Source: a virus (Duplodnaviria; Caudoviricetes). Taken from it: DNA of 27,397 nucleotides. The notes under the pieces were generated by a model that had not been told where the DNA came from, searched no databases, and worked only from the letters and a program-made list of their open reading frames with translations. Shown piece by piece: positions 16,516 to 24,109 of the stretch. The position numbers were made by a program, and so were the translations under genes. Location: positions 1 through 27,397 of IMG/VR virus record IMGVR_UViG_3300037847_003589; one strand, given 5' to 3'. Every line of letters begins with the position of its first letter. The stretch's first letter is position 1.

Positions 16516-16757
16516 TGCTCCCCCTTTCCGCTGTTAAGGGAGTCGGCTTTTAGTTTCGGGCAGCTCTTCCGGCTATGGCCTTTCTCTCCGCAGTAAGTAC
16601 AGGTGTAAACGCGCTTAGGTGTCAGCTCTTCCGCGCTTACTTCTAGAGACCCGTAGTTATAAGAGGCCTCCTCTAGCAGGGATTCTAGAGATCCATGCGT
16701 TGGATCCTGTTCGGATCGCTGGACCCATTCCATCGTTATTTTATAAAGCTTAGCCAT
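16512..16757 (-). CDS. Small protein with a CCHC zinc knuckle
   Basis: CTYCGEKGHSRKSC = CX2CX4HX4C (16560-16601); coupled by TAATG and ATGA overlaps. Confidence 0.75.
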   Translation of the reverse strand: MAKLYKITMEWVQRSEQDPTHGSLESLLEEASYNYGSLEVSAEELTPKRVYTCTYCGEKGHSRKSCPKLKADSLNSGKGEQ

Positions 16758-17110
16758 TACTCCTCCTCTGTATCGGTAGAAGAGTAAGCGCCGTAGGCTC
16801 TAAAAACGATAACGACTGCGGGCAGCTTATGAGCTTTAATGGTGCGCTTATAGTGCAAGCTATAGACATTACGATATAAAATCTCTACGGTTTCTTCTTT
16901 ATCTTCTTCCGTTTCGTTAGGCGCTAGCTCTAATCTGCGCCACTCTTCTAAGCTTAGCTCTACTAGTACGTCTACTAAACCTAGCGGCCTCTGCTCCGTG
17001 ATAGGACGATAGGAGCCGGAGCCCCATAGTTCTACTTTTTGCGCGTCTATGCCTCTACTTTTTAGAATGTTAAGCGCTGCTAATAGACCGCGCTCGATCC
17101 GATAACTCAT
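16757..17110 (-). CDS. Hypothetical protein, first gene of the leftward operon (start revised to ATG 17110, MSYRIERG...)
   Basis: TAAGGAGGG lies 7 nt upstream of ATG 17110; the longer listed start at 17152 sits at the predicted transcription start. Confidence 0.65.
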   Translation of the reverse strand: MSYRIERGLLAALNILKSRGIDAQKVELWGSGSYRPITEQRPLGLVDVLVELSLEEWRRLELAPNETEEDKEETVEILYRNVYSLHYKRTIKAHKLPAVVIVFRAYGAYSSTDTEEE

Positions 17111-17156
17111 AATAAGACCCTCCTTAAGGCCGCTTAGGTTTATCCTAAGCATTCTT

Positions 17157-17185
17157 ATAGTAAGTCTTTATAAGTTTTAAATCAA
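17157..17185 (-). promoter_or_regulatory. Sigma70-type promoter of the leftward operon
   Basis: Minus strand TTGATT-N17-TACTAT with an AT-rich UP-like tract at 17186-17200; leader hairpin GCTTAGG/CCTAAGC at 17132-17150. Confidence 0.75.
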
Positions 17186-17209
17186 CTTAAAATAATAAAA
17201 GTAGAACGA

Positions 17210-17653
17210 ATGGACTACATAGAGCCTAAATGGAGCTGCGTTATTCCACTCGCCCCGAAAGGTAAGGGGCGGCCCCGCGTAGCCGTTATGGGGAGAGGAA
17301 GGGCTAGAGCTTACACCGATAAGGAAACTAAGCAATGGGAGAAAGACGCGGCGGTAGTTCTCCGCGCTTACTGGAAACGCCCGCCGCTTACCGGTCCTGT
17401 AGCTCTATGGATAGACGCCTATAAGCAGCGCCCTAAACGCCTTCTAAGGCTTTCGGATCCGTCCGGTCCTATCCCGGCTCCGGTTAAGCCGGACGCCGAT
17501 AACATAGCTAAGATCACTGCGGACAGCGGAAACGGGATCCTTTATGAGGACGACGCGCAGATCTGCGCCTTGTATGTCCGAACCTTTTACACTGAAAAAG
17601 AAGGGACGCCGCGGGTAGAAATAAAACTAGCTACCCTTGACGCGTCTACTTAG
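17210..17653 (+). CDS. rusA: RusA-family Holliday junction resolvase
   Basis: PKGKGRPR and KPDADNIAKITADSGNGILYEDDAQI with the conserved acidic residues. Confidence 0.92.
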   Translation: MDYIEPKWSCVIPLAPKGKGRPRVAVMGRGRARAYTDKETKQWEKDAAVVLRAYWKRPPLTGPVALWIDAYKQRPKRLLRLSDPSGPIPAPVKPDADNIAKITADSGNGILYEDDAQICALYVRTFYTEKEGTPRVEIKLATLDAST

Positions 17654-17676
17654 TTAAGCTCCAATAGCTAGAAAGA

Positions 17677-17742
17677 CCCACCTACTAGCGAGGGCTTACG
17701 CCCGCCCTTTAGGTAGCTCCTAAAGGGTACGCTAGGGGAGGG
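17677..17742 (+). promoter_or_regulatory. Predicted three-way-junction RNA in the leader of the replication initiator
   Basis: P1 CTAGCG 17685-17690 / CGCTAG 17730-17735 (extendable), P2 GGGC-TTAC-GCCC, P3 CCCTTTAGG/CCTAAAGGG. Confidence 0.5.
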
Positions 17743-17756
17743 ATTAAGGAGGGTTA

Positions 17757-18641
17757 GTGGAGCAGTGGACGCCCGCGCCGCAAGGCATGATAGCGGAGCT
17801 AGTAAAAAGGAAATGGGATAGCGGTAACCCCGCGCCTAAGATCGTCGGCTATTTATGGGCGTGGGCTATTATCCATAACGGCGGTAGCGTTAGTAGAAGA
17901 GAGCTAGCCGATTATATGGGCGTCTCGGAATGGAAGGCTAGACGCCTGCTAGAGGAAGTAGAGAAGGCTTATAAATCTTGGCTCTCTCCAAAAACCGCCC
18001 AAGCGCCGCCCAAGCGCCGCCGGTCTACCCCAAGTAAATCTAATAGCTTAGAACCTAAAACCGCCCAAGCTCCGCCCGCTCCTCTCCCTTCGCACGCGCG
18101 ATCCTTAGATCATAAATATAAATCTAAATCTACATTAACTAAAGAGTCTAATAAGCCGGACCTTATTAGCCCTATCTGGGAAGAGGTTAATAAAATCTGG
18201 AGAGACTCTAAGCCCGGAGCCCGGGCGCTTAGGCTAACTAAGGGTAGGCGGAGTAAGTTAAACCAGCGGCTTAACGAGTCCTCTAAAGAAGAGTTCTTAG
18301 CGGTATGGAAGTGGCGCTGTAGTTCTAACCATAGTAGAGCCGTCGCCCTTCGTAAGGGCTCTTACGGGATTGATACAGTCCTTAGGGCGGAACGTTACGA
18401 GGAATACTTAGACTTTAGTAAGGAGTTAAATATCGTGGCCGATAAAATGCAGAAGCCGCCGCCGTTCGCGGATCCTTGGAATGATTTAGATCCGGAGCTG
18501 CGGGCGGCGTATATGGCCCGCGCACGGGCGGAAGCATTGCGAGAAATGCCGGAACTAAAGGCGCAGCTATCCGAGAAGCAATGGGCGGAGGCCGTTAAAT
18601 CTATCGCCCGCGGTTATATGAAAAAGCGTAAAACCGCCTAA
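17757..18641 (+). CDS. Replication initiator (lambda O-like layout)
   Basis: GTG start with TAAGGAGGG; N-terminal HTH (VSRRELADYMGVSEWKARRLL); internal repeats plus an AT-rich linker; C-terminal LTKGRRSKLNQRL...IDTVLR...YEEYL segment. Confidence 0.7.
   Translation: MEQWTPAPQGMIAELVKRKWDSGNPAPKIVGYLWAWAIIHNGGSVSRRELADYMGVSEWKARRLLEEVEKAYKSWLSPKTAQAPPKRRRSTPSKSNSLEPKTAQAPPAPLPSHARSLDHKYKSKSTLTKESNKPDLISPIWEEVNKIWRDSKPGARALRLTKGRRSKLNQRLNESSKEEFLAVWKWRCSSNHSRAVALRKGSYGIDTVLRAERYEEYLDFSKELNIVADKMQKPPPFADPWNDLDPELRAAYMARARAEALREMPELKAQLSEKQWAEAVKSIARGYMKKRKTA
17991..18155. repeat. Putative replication origin: iterons plus AT-rich unwinding element
   Basis: CCGCCCAAGC at 17995, 18006 and 18061 (AAAACCGCCCAAGC twice), followed by CATAAA-TATAAA-TCTAAA-TCTACA at 18111-18134. 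Confidence 0.65.
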
Positions 18642-18670
18642 CCTGTGATAGGTTAAGGAGGGGTCTAGTT

Positions 18671-18964
18671 ATGCCTACGGAAAAAGAGAAAAAGATTTTA
18701 AATAGATACGGCGTTAAAGGTTTCGACGCGCCTAAGCGGACGCCTAAGCATAAGACTAAAAGTCATTTAGTAGTTACTAAGGTAGGCGGTAAGCCTAAGG
18801 TTATTCGCTTCGGAGCGCAGGGCGCGGACACTGCGCCGCGTGGCAGGAAAACAGAAACGAAAGCAGACAAGGCTAAGCGGGCCGCGTTTAGAAAGCGGCA
18901 CGCGAAAGGCATTAAAAAAGGTAAATCCAGCGGCTCATATTGGGCGGCTAAAGTAAAATGGTAG
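18671..18964 (+). CDS. Highly basic small protein of unknown function
   Basis: Strong RBS; KRTPKH.TKSH...IRFGAQG...F.KRH...S.SYWA.KVKW, a pattern I recall from aquatic phage hypothetical proteins (not verified). Confidence 0.75.
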   Translation: MPTEKEKKILNRYGVKGFDAPKRTPKHKTKSHLVVTKVGGKPKVIRFGAQGADTAPRGRKTETKADKAKRAAFRKRHAKGIKKGKSSGSYWAAKVKW

Positions 18965-18976
18965 GAGGATCGAGTT

Positions 18977-19072
18977 ATGCCTATGGGACCGGCTAAGAAG
19001 TTTTACGGCGGTAAAAAGAACGGTAAGGGTAAGAAGAAAGGAAAGGGGCGATCCTATGCCTCCGCGGTCTAA
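18977..19072 (+). CDS. Unlisted 31-aa Lys/Gly-rich peptide
   Basis: AGGAGG 8 nt upstream; reads MPMGPAKKFYGGKKNGKGKKKGKGRSYASAV; overlaps the TerS start. Confidence 0.6.
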   Translation: MPMGPAKKFYGGKKNGKGKKKGKGRSYASAV

Positions 19073-19508
19073 GCTTACGCCGGAAGTAAAGCAGATCTTA
19101 GAAGAGGCGTTAGCCGCAGGACTAACTAAGAAGCTTTCTGCACAGCTAGCCGGGATCGGAGAGAGCACCTTACATCAATGGTTAAGGGAAGCCGATCATG
19201 ACGACGAGAAAGCAGCGTTAGCGCAGTCGCTAAAAAAGGCGGAGGCCGTTAGCGCGGCCCATTCGTTAGCTGTAATAAACCAGGCAGCGCAGGAGGGATC
19301 GTGGCAGGCTGCCGCGTGGAAGCTAGAGCGTAGACACGGTTACCGGAAAGACGAACCCGTAAACCGAGAGCTAGAGCTAGAAGCAGCAGAAGAAGAAGCC
19401 ATAGATCTTTCTACGCCGGAAGGCCGCGCCGCTGTTCTAGAGACGCTAGAGGCGCTTCCGCAGGAGCTGATCCTAGACGCGCTAAACCGTAAATCTGTAG
19501 GCGGTTAA
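19056..19508 (+). CDS. terS: Terminase small subunit
   Basis: RSKLTPE, HTH (LAGIGESTLHQWL) and WQAAAWKLERR motif; upstream of TerL. Confidence 0.8.
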   Translation: MPPRSKLTPEVKQILEEALAAGLTKKLSAQLAGIGESTLHQWLREADHDDEKAALAQSLKKAEAVSAAHSLAVINQAAQEGSWQAAAWKLERRHGYRKDEPVNRELELEAAEEEAIDLSTPEGRAAVLETLEALPQELILDALNRKSVGG

Positions 19509-19667
19509 ATGCGCTGGCAGGACGATCCCGTTTTTTGTAGCTGGTTAGTTAGTCAGGGCTACGCAAGAAAGGAGGGTAAAGAAACGCGGCTAAGCCTATC
19601 CTTAGGGTTAGTTCTCTATATGTTCGAGGCTTACCGGTTAGGGGTTACTCGTGGTTCGTCTGTATGA
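19509..19667 (+). CDS. Unlisted 52-aa hypothetical protein
   Basis: ATG immediately after the TerS stop; reads MRWQDDPVFCSWLVSQGYARKEGKETRLSLSLGLVLYMFEAYRLGVTRGSSV; fills the gap. Confidence 0.5.
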   Translation: MRWQDDPVFCSWLVSQGYARKEGKETRLSLSLGLVLYMFEAYRLGVTRGSSV

Positions 19668-19872
19668 CTTTGAAATAACGGTAGACGGTATAAGGCTTTT
19701 TAAGCGGGCGGAATGGGGGAGAGATCCCGACGAGGCCTTTAGCGCTTTATTAGCTAATCTCCGCCGCCGCCTATCCTATCGCGTGCCCTCAGACGCGGAC
19801 GTAAGTTACTCCGAGATCGCCGCCTACGTCGGCCCCTATATGGCTATAGGCGCGGAGCAGGGGGAAGCATGA
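19651..19872 (+). CDS. Hypothetical protein
   Basis: GTG start; ATGA overlap with TerL. Confidence 0.5.
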   Translation: MVRLYDFEITVDGIRLFKRAEWGRDPDEAFSALLANLRRRLSYRVPSDADVSYSEIAAYVGPYMAIGAEQGEA

Positions 19873-21281
19873 ACCTAACCAAGCTACGCCGCGCCGCTAA
19901 GCGATACGAGAAAGACGAGCTAGCTAAATACGTTTTAGAGCCGCCCGGTTTAGGCGGTATGTCGCCCGGACAGCGTAAGTTCCACGAGGATACTAGCCGC
20001 CGTCGTTTATGTATCGGCGGAAATCAGATTGGGAAGTCGAGGATCCTAAGTTACGAAATCTTAGCCCATGCTTTAGGCTGTCACGCCTTCCGCGAAACGC
20101 CGCAAGCGCCCAACGTAGGCTGGGTTATGGTGGCCGATCTGCGGACGGGATGGGCTAATATATCAAGTAAGATCAGGGAGCTACAGCCGCCCGGGGTACT
20201 GTCGGATCGTTGCATTTATGATCGGGCGCGTGGCTATCGTGTCGCAGGAAGTACAGCGATAGAGTTTAAGAACGGGTCTTTAGTTCGCGGCGTATCCGGC
20301 TCGCAGTCTTTAATAAGCCTTTCCGGTCATACTCTGGACTGGTTAGCAATAGACGAAATGCCCTTACAGGGGCACTTCTCCGAGGCGCGATCCCGCGTAG
20401 CTATTGGAGGAGTAGACGGAAAGGGCGGCCCGGTCTTTATGGCCTTTACCCCAATAGGCAGATCCGGCGGCTCTCTATGGCTTAGAAACGCCTTAGAGGG
20501 AAATCCGGACACGGGGGATCCTCCGGAGGAAACCGGCTGGAGCATTCAGCGGATCACGTTGAGCCCGGAGAACTGCCCCCATAGAGATCCCGATAGCATT
20601 AAAAACCAGATCGCCGCCTATGGGAAATTTGAGTATAACCAGCGCGTTTTAGGTCACTGGGTAGGCGTAGACTCTTCCCGCTGGATTACCTCCTTCGGAG
20701 AAGACTGCATTTTTAACGAGCTGCCTAAAGGCTTAGAAGAGCTGGGTTTAGGATGGGATCACGGGGAGCGCCCGGGTTCTAGTGTCGCATATCTGTGCGG
20801 ATGGGACGGACATAGAGTCTACGTTTTAGCCGAGTGGACTAATAAAGAACGCGTAACGCCTAAGGAAGAGGCTAAGCAGATTAAAGAAATGATCGAGTCT
20901 TTCGGCTTAAGCCTGTATCAGATTGATCGCGCCGTGGGAGACAGTAACAGCGCGGGCCGCTTAGGGATGGGCTTTAGCGTTAACGAGATTCTAGAGCGGC
21001 AATTTGCCGCGCTTATAAATAAACCCGCGCCGCCCTTCCGGATTAAAGTACCGAGAAAGGGCCCGGGCAGCGTAAGAGCTAGAGCCCGAATCATTAATGC
21101 GGCCTGCGCGTCCGGCTCGTTTTTAGTGCACGAGTCTTGCTTAAACCTGATAAGTTCGCTTAAGCATTGGAGAGGGGAAGCGCATTCCGAATATAAACAC
21201 GCCTTCGATAGCTGCGCTTATATTTCGGAAACTTGGTTAGGGACTACCGATCAAGGGATCGGATCCATGCTAATACTTTAA
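19869..21281 (+). CDS. terL: Terminase large subunit
   Basis: Q motif (PGQ), Walker A GGNQIGKS, Walker B WLAIDE, motif III FTP, nuclease GWDHG and terminal HAFDSCAY. Confidence 0.93.
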   Translation: MNLTKLRRAAKRYEKDELAKYVLEPPGLGGMSPGQRKFHEDTSRRRLCIGGNQIGKSRILSYEILAHALGCHAFRETPQAPNVGWVMVADLRTGWANISSKIRELQPPGVLSDRCIYDRARGYRVAGSTAIEFKNGSLVRGVSGSQSLISLSGHTLDWLAIDEMPLQGHFSEARSRVAIGGVDGKGGPVFMAFTPIGRSGGSLWLRNALEGNPDTGDPPEETGWSIQRITLSPENCPHRDPDSIKNQIAAYGKFEYNQRVLGHWVGVDSSRWITSFGEDCIFNELPKGLEELGLGWDHGERPGSSVAYLCGWDGHRVYVLAEWTNKERVTPKEEAKQIKEMIESFGLSLYQIDRAVGDSNSAGRLGMGFSVNEILERQFAALINKPAPPFRIKVPRKGPGSVRARARIINAACASGSFLVHESCLNLISSLKHWRGEAHSEYKHAFDSCAYISETWLGTTDQGIGSMLIL

Positions 21282-21290
21282 GGAGAGATC

Positions 21291-21551
21291 ATGGCAGACA
21301 GTAAACCTAAAGCCCCAGCTAAGAAGACTAAAAAGGCCGCAGCTAAGAAGCCTGCGCCTAAGGTAGATTCCGCGGAGGCAGTAGAGATCGTTATTACTAT
21401 CGGTAAAGCTGAGCCGCTTAAGCCTGCTCCGGGCGGGCATGCCTGGAACCTTAAGGGGGAAGAGGTTACGGAGGGCGGAGATCGTTACGCCGTTGCTAGA
21501 CTTACGCTCCGCGATCTTGGAGATCTTGGTTTCTGTCGCAAAAAAAGATAG
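21291..21551 (+). CDS. Small protein with a histone-H1-like Lys/Ala/Pro N-terminal tail
   Basis: TAAGGAG RBS; KPKAPAKKTKKAAAKKPAPK. Confidence 0.65.
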   Translation: MADSKPKAPAKKTKKAAAKKPAPKVDSAEAVEIVITIGKAEPLKPAPGGHAWNLKGEEVTEGGDRYAVARLTLRDLGDLGFCRKKR

Positions 21552-21560
21552 GCTTATTTT

Positions 21561-23303
21561 ATGGATACTATCCCCGCTTACATACAGCCGGACGATCCTA
21601 GCGACCGGGCTAGATGGAGAGAGCAAGGCCTAAGGCTCCGGCTTCTTAATGGAAGCTACGGCGACGATCTAAGGGAAGAGGTAGAGAATACCTTTTCTAG
21701 TGAGTTGAGCGCAGATCTAGAAATCAACGTAGACAAGTCGCGTAATGCCTTCCTAATGGTTTACTCTCAGTTGAACGTAGCGTACAGCGAGACGCCAGAA
21801 GTAAGGGTAAAGGAAGACGCAGAAGCGGATCTGTCTGCTATCATAGGCCCGGAGTTATGGGGCCAACAGGTAACCGCGGGGCTTTACGTCTTAGCCATTA
21901 ATGAAACCTTAGTAAGGCTAGACTTTAAACACTGGGCAGGAGATACCCGAGTTAGTTACCGCGTGGTTCCTCCCTCTATCGTTATCTGCAAGCCTTTACC
22001 GGATCGGCCCTCTGTTCCTGGCTATGTAGAAGAGCTTAGGATTAGAGACGGTTTCTATACCTTTGAGACTTGGGATGTAAGAGATCCGGCGGCTCCTGTT
22101 TTTAAAATAGAGCAGGTAGATAGCAACGGAGACAGGATCGACGTTACAGCGCGTTACGCTCCGCAGCTAGCCGCGGACGGGGCTTACCCTTACCGAGACA
22201 CTAACGGCGCTCCGATCCTGCCTTACGTCCTGTACCATAAGCAGATCGATAGCTCTCGTTTATGGCATTACATGTCCGGCAGCGAGCTAAGCGCCGGAGC
22301 GTTACGCCTTGGAGCATTGTGGACGCACTGGGGAGACGGCTTTATCTCGGCGGCGCATCCACAGCGTTACGCCCTTGACGTGTCAAGTGCTGCAGGTGTA
22401 ACGCGTACTATCTCCGGGGTTCCTTTAGAGGTAGTACCTACGGATCGTAAATCGATCCTGAAGTTTAAAAGCGACAGCCCTAGCGGGGGCTCTCTCGGTT
22501 CGTTTAGCGCTGCCTTCTCGCCCTTAGAAGCGGCGGCGGCTCTAACGCAGTGGGAGCAGAACCTAGCGATCTACGCCGGTCTTTCTCCCAGCGATCTAAA
22601 CGTTACTAAAGCTGCGGCGTCGGGTTATTCCATCGTCGTCTCACGCGCAGGACTTCGCAGGCAGCAAAAGCTTATAGAGCCCTCCCTAAGGATCGGGGAT
22701 ACTCAGCTTCTAGCGACGGCGGCGCGGCTTGCTAACTTCTATACCGGATCTAACCTTCCGGAAGATCCAAGCGCTTACGCTATCCGTTACCGGTCGCTGC
22801 GTCCCTCCTTAGAGGAGAGGAAGGCAGAAGCCGACGCCCTTAAAGCGGAAGTAGACTTAGGGATCGCGTCTCGGATCGACGTGCTAAGAAAACTCCACCC
22901 GGAGATCGCAAGCGAGGAAGAAGCGCTAGAACGGCTTCTAAGGGTACGCGAAATAGAAAGAGAGCTTAGCGCCTTGGAAGCTATGGACGCGCCGCAGAAC
23001 GCGGAGGAGGCCCCGCAAGCTGTCGAACAGCAGCAGCCGGAGCAGCAGCCGGAGCAGCAGCCGGAGCAGCAGCCGATCTTAGAAGAGGCGGAGAGGGTAA
23101 AGCTTACCGCCCTAAACGGTGCTCAGGTGACCAGCGCACAGGAGATCGTACAGGCAGTAGCGGATCGAATGCTTCCAAGAGAAAGCGGGATCTCTATGCT
23201 TTCCGCCTTCTTTAATCTACCCGAGGACGTAGCGGATCGGATTATGGGATCCGTAGGTCGCACGTTCTTTAGCCCCGAGCCCGATAATCCTAAGGAGGGA
23301 TAA
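21561..23303 (+). CDS. Portal protein with a C-terminal extension
   Basis: 580 aa between TerL and scaffold/capsid genes; ILPYVLYH and ASGYSI motifs; helical crown-like region followed by a QQPE linker. Confidence 0.8.
   Translation: MDTIPAYIQPDDPSDRARWREQGLRLRLLNGSYGDDLREEVENTFSSELSADLEINVDKSRNAFLMVYSQLNVAYSETPEVRVKEDAEADLSAIIGPELWGQQVTAGLYVLAINETLVRLDFKHWAGDTRVSYRVVPPSIVICKPLPDRPSVPGYVEELRIRDGFYTFETWDVRDPAAPVFKIEQVDSNGDRIDVTARYAPQLAADGAYPYRDTNGAPILPYVLYHKQIDSSRLWHYMSGSELSAGALRLGALWTHWGDGFISAAHPQRYALDVSSAAGVTRTISGVPLEVVPTDRKSILKFKSDSPSGGSLGSFSAAFSPLEAAAALTQWEQNLAIYAGLSPSDLNVTKAAASGYSIVVSRAGLRRQQKLIEPSLRIGDTQLLATAARLANFYTGSNLPEDPSAYAIRYRSLRPSLEERKAEADALKAEVDLGIASRIDVLRKLHPEIASEEEALERLLRVREIERELSALEAMDAPQNAEEAPQAVEQQQPEQQPEQQPEQQPILEEAERVKLTALNGAQVTSAQEIVQAVADRMLPRESGISMLSAFFNLPEDVADRIMGSVGRTFFSPEPDNPKEG
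23031..23075 (+). repeat. 12-bp tandem repeat CAGCAGCCGGAG x3.75 (QQPE)
   Basis: Exact copies at 23031, 23043, 23055 and a partial copy at 23067. Confidence 0.95.
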
Positions 23304-23983
23304 TGGCAGACGATACGACGCAAAACGCGCCGACTACGAACGGCGCAGTAAAAACAGTAACGGCGGAAACGTCCGGACATTTAGTGCCGTCGTTTAGACT
23401 TAGCGAGGAAACTAACCGCAGGCAGGAGGCTATGACGCAGCGAGACGCAGCGCACGCGGAACTAGCAGAACTTCGTAAGAGCTACGAAAGCATGCAGAAA
23501 GAACTAGCCGCCTCAAAGTCTGCCCACTCTAGAGAGCTATCTTTACTCCGGCGCGGGTTTAAATCAGAATCGGTTATGCGGTTCATAGATCGCGAATATA
23601 GAGAAGCCGTTAAGGATCTCGCTCCGGACGCCGCGGGCCGCGACTTTGATACGTGGCTAGAAGCGCAAAAAGACGATCCTCTTTTTGCTCCTCATTTCGA
23701 GAGAGTAGGATCGGCAGCTACACCGGCTACGCCCGCGGAAGCTACGCCGCCTACGCCTAATGAGGTAGACTCTAACTTTATGGCGGCTATCCGTGCAGCT
23801 ATGGCGGGTAACCCGGAGGCAGGCGCTACGGCTCCGCCTCAGGGAAGATCAAACGACTGGACCGCGGAGGAGATCCGCAGGCTCCGAGCTAGGAACAGAA
23901 AGCCCGGGCAGTCAGGCGGATCGCTTGGAGATAAGAAAGAAGAGATCCTAGCGACTTGGAGAGCTAAAGGCATTATCAAGTAA
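23303..23983 (+). CDS. Capsid scaffolding protein
   Basis: VPSFRLSEE plus coiled-coil, Pro/Ala/Thr linker and basic C-terminal helix; directly before the capsid gene. Confidence 0.75.
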   Translation: MADDTTQNAPTTNGAVKTVTAETSGHLVPSFRLSEETNRRQEAMTQRDAAHAELAELRKSYESMQKELAASKSAHSRELSLLRRGFKSESVMRFIDREYREAVKDLAPDAAGRDFDTWLEAQKDDPLFAPHFERVGSAATPATPAEATPPTPNEVDSNFMAAIRAAMAGNPEAGATAPPQGRSNDWTAEEIRRLRARNRKPGQSGGSLGDKKEEILATWRAKGIIK

Positions 23984-24025
23984 CCATAGACAGGTTAACG
24001 GCTTGTCTGATAAAAAGTAACTATA

Positions 24026-24072
24026 GAGCCTATTACGGGACCGGCTCCGAAAACGCCGCATTTTAGAGGCTC
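24026..24072 (+). promoter_or_regulatory. Predicted H-type pseudoknot nested in a closing stem, capsid-gene leader
   Basis: S1 24036-24039/24046-24049, S2 24042-24045/24055-24058, loop AAAAC; outer stem GAGCCT/AGGCTC. Confidence 0.4.
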
Positions 24073-24109
24073 GTCTAAAACATAAAACCCCTTAGGGAGT
24101 ATCTAAAAA

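Noticed and set aside
17637-17665. Promoter TTGACG-N17-TCCAAT before the initiator leader
   Set aside because: The -10 lacks the conserved second-position A; not supportable from sequence alone.
13142-17742. Three-way junctions as hammerhead ribozymes or tRNAs
   Set aside because: No CUGANGA/GAAA core and no cloverleaf or T-loop consensus.
17991-23075. Short repeats as a CRISPR array or DGR template/variable repeats
   Set aside because: Units are 10-14 bp, in frame within genes and without unique spacers; no cas or reverse transcriptase gene is present.
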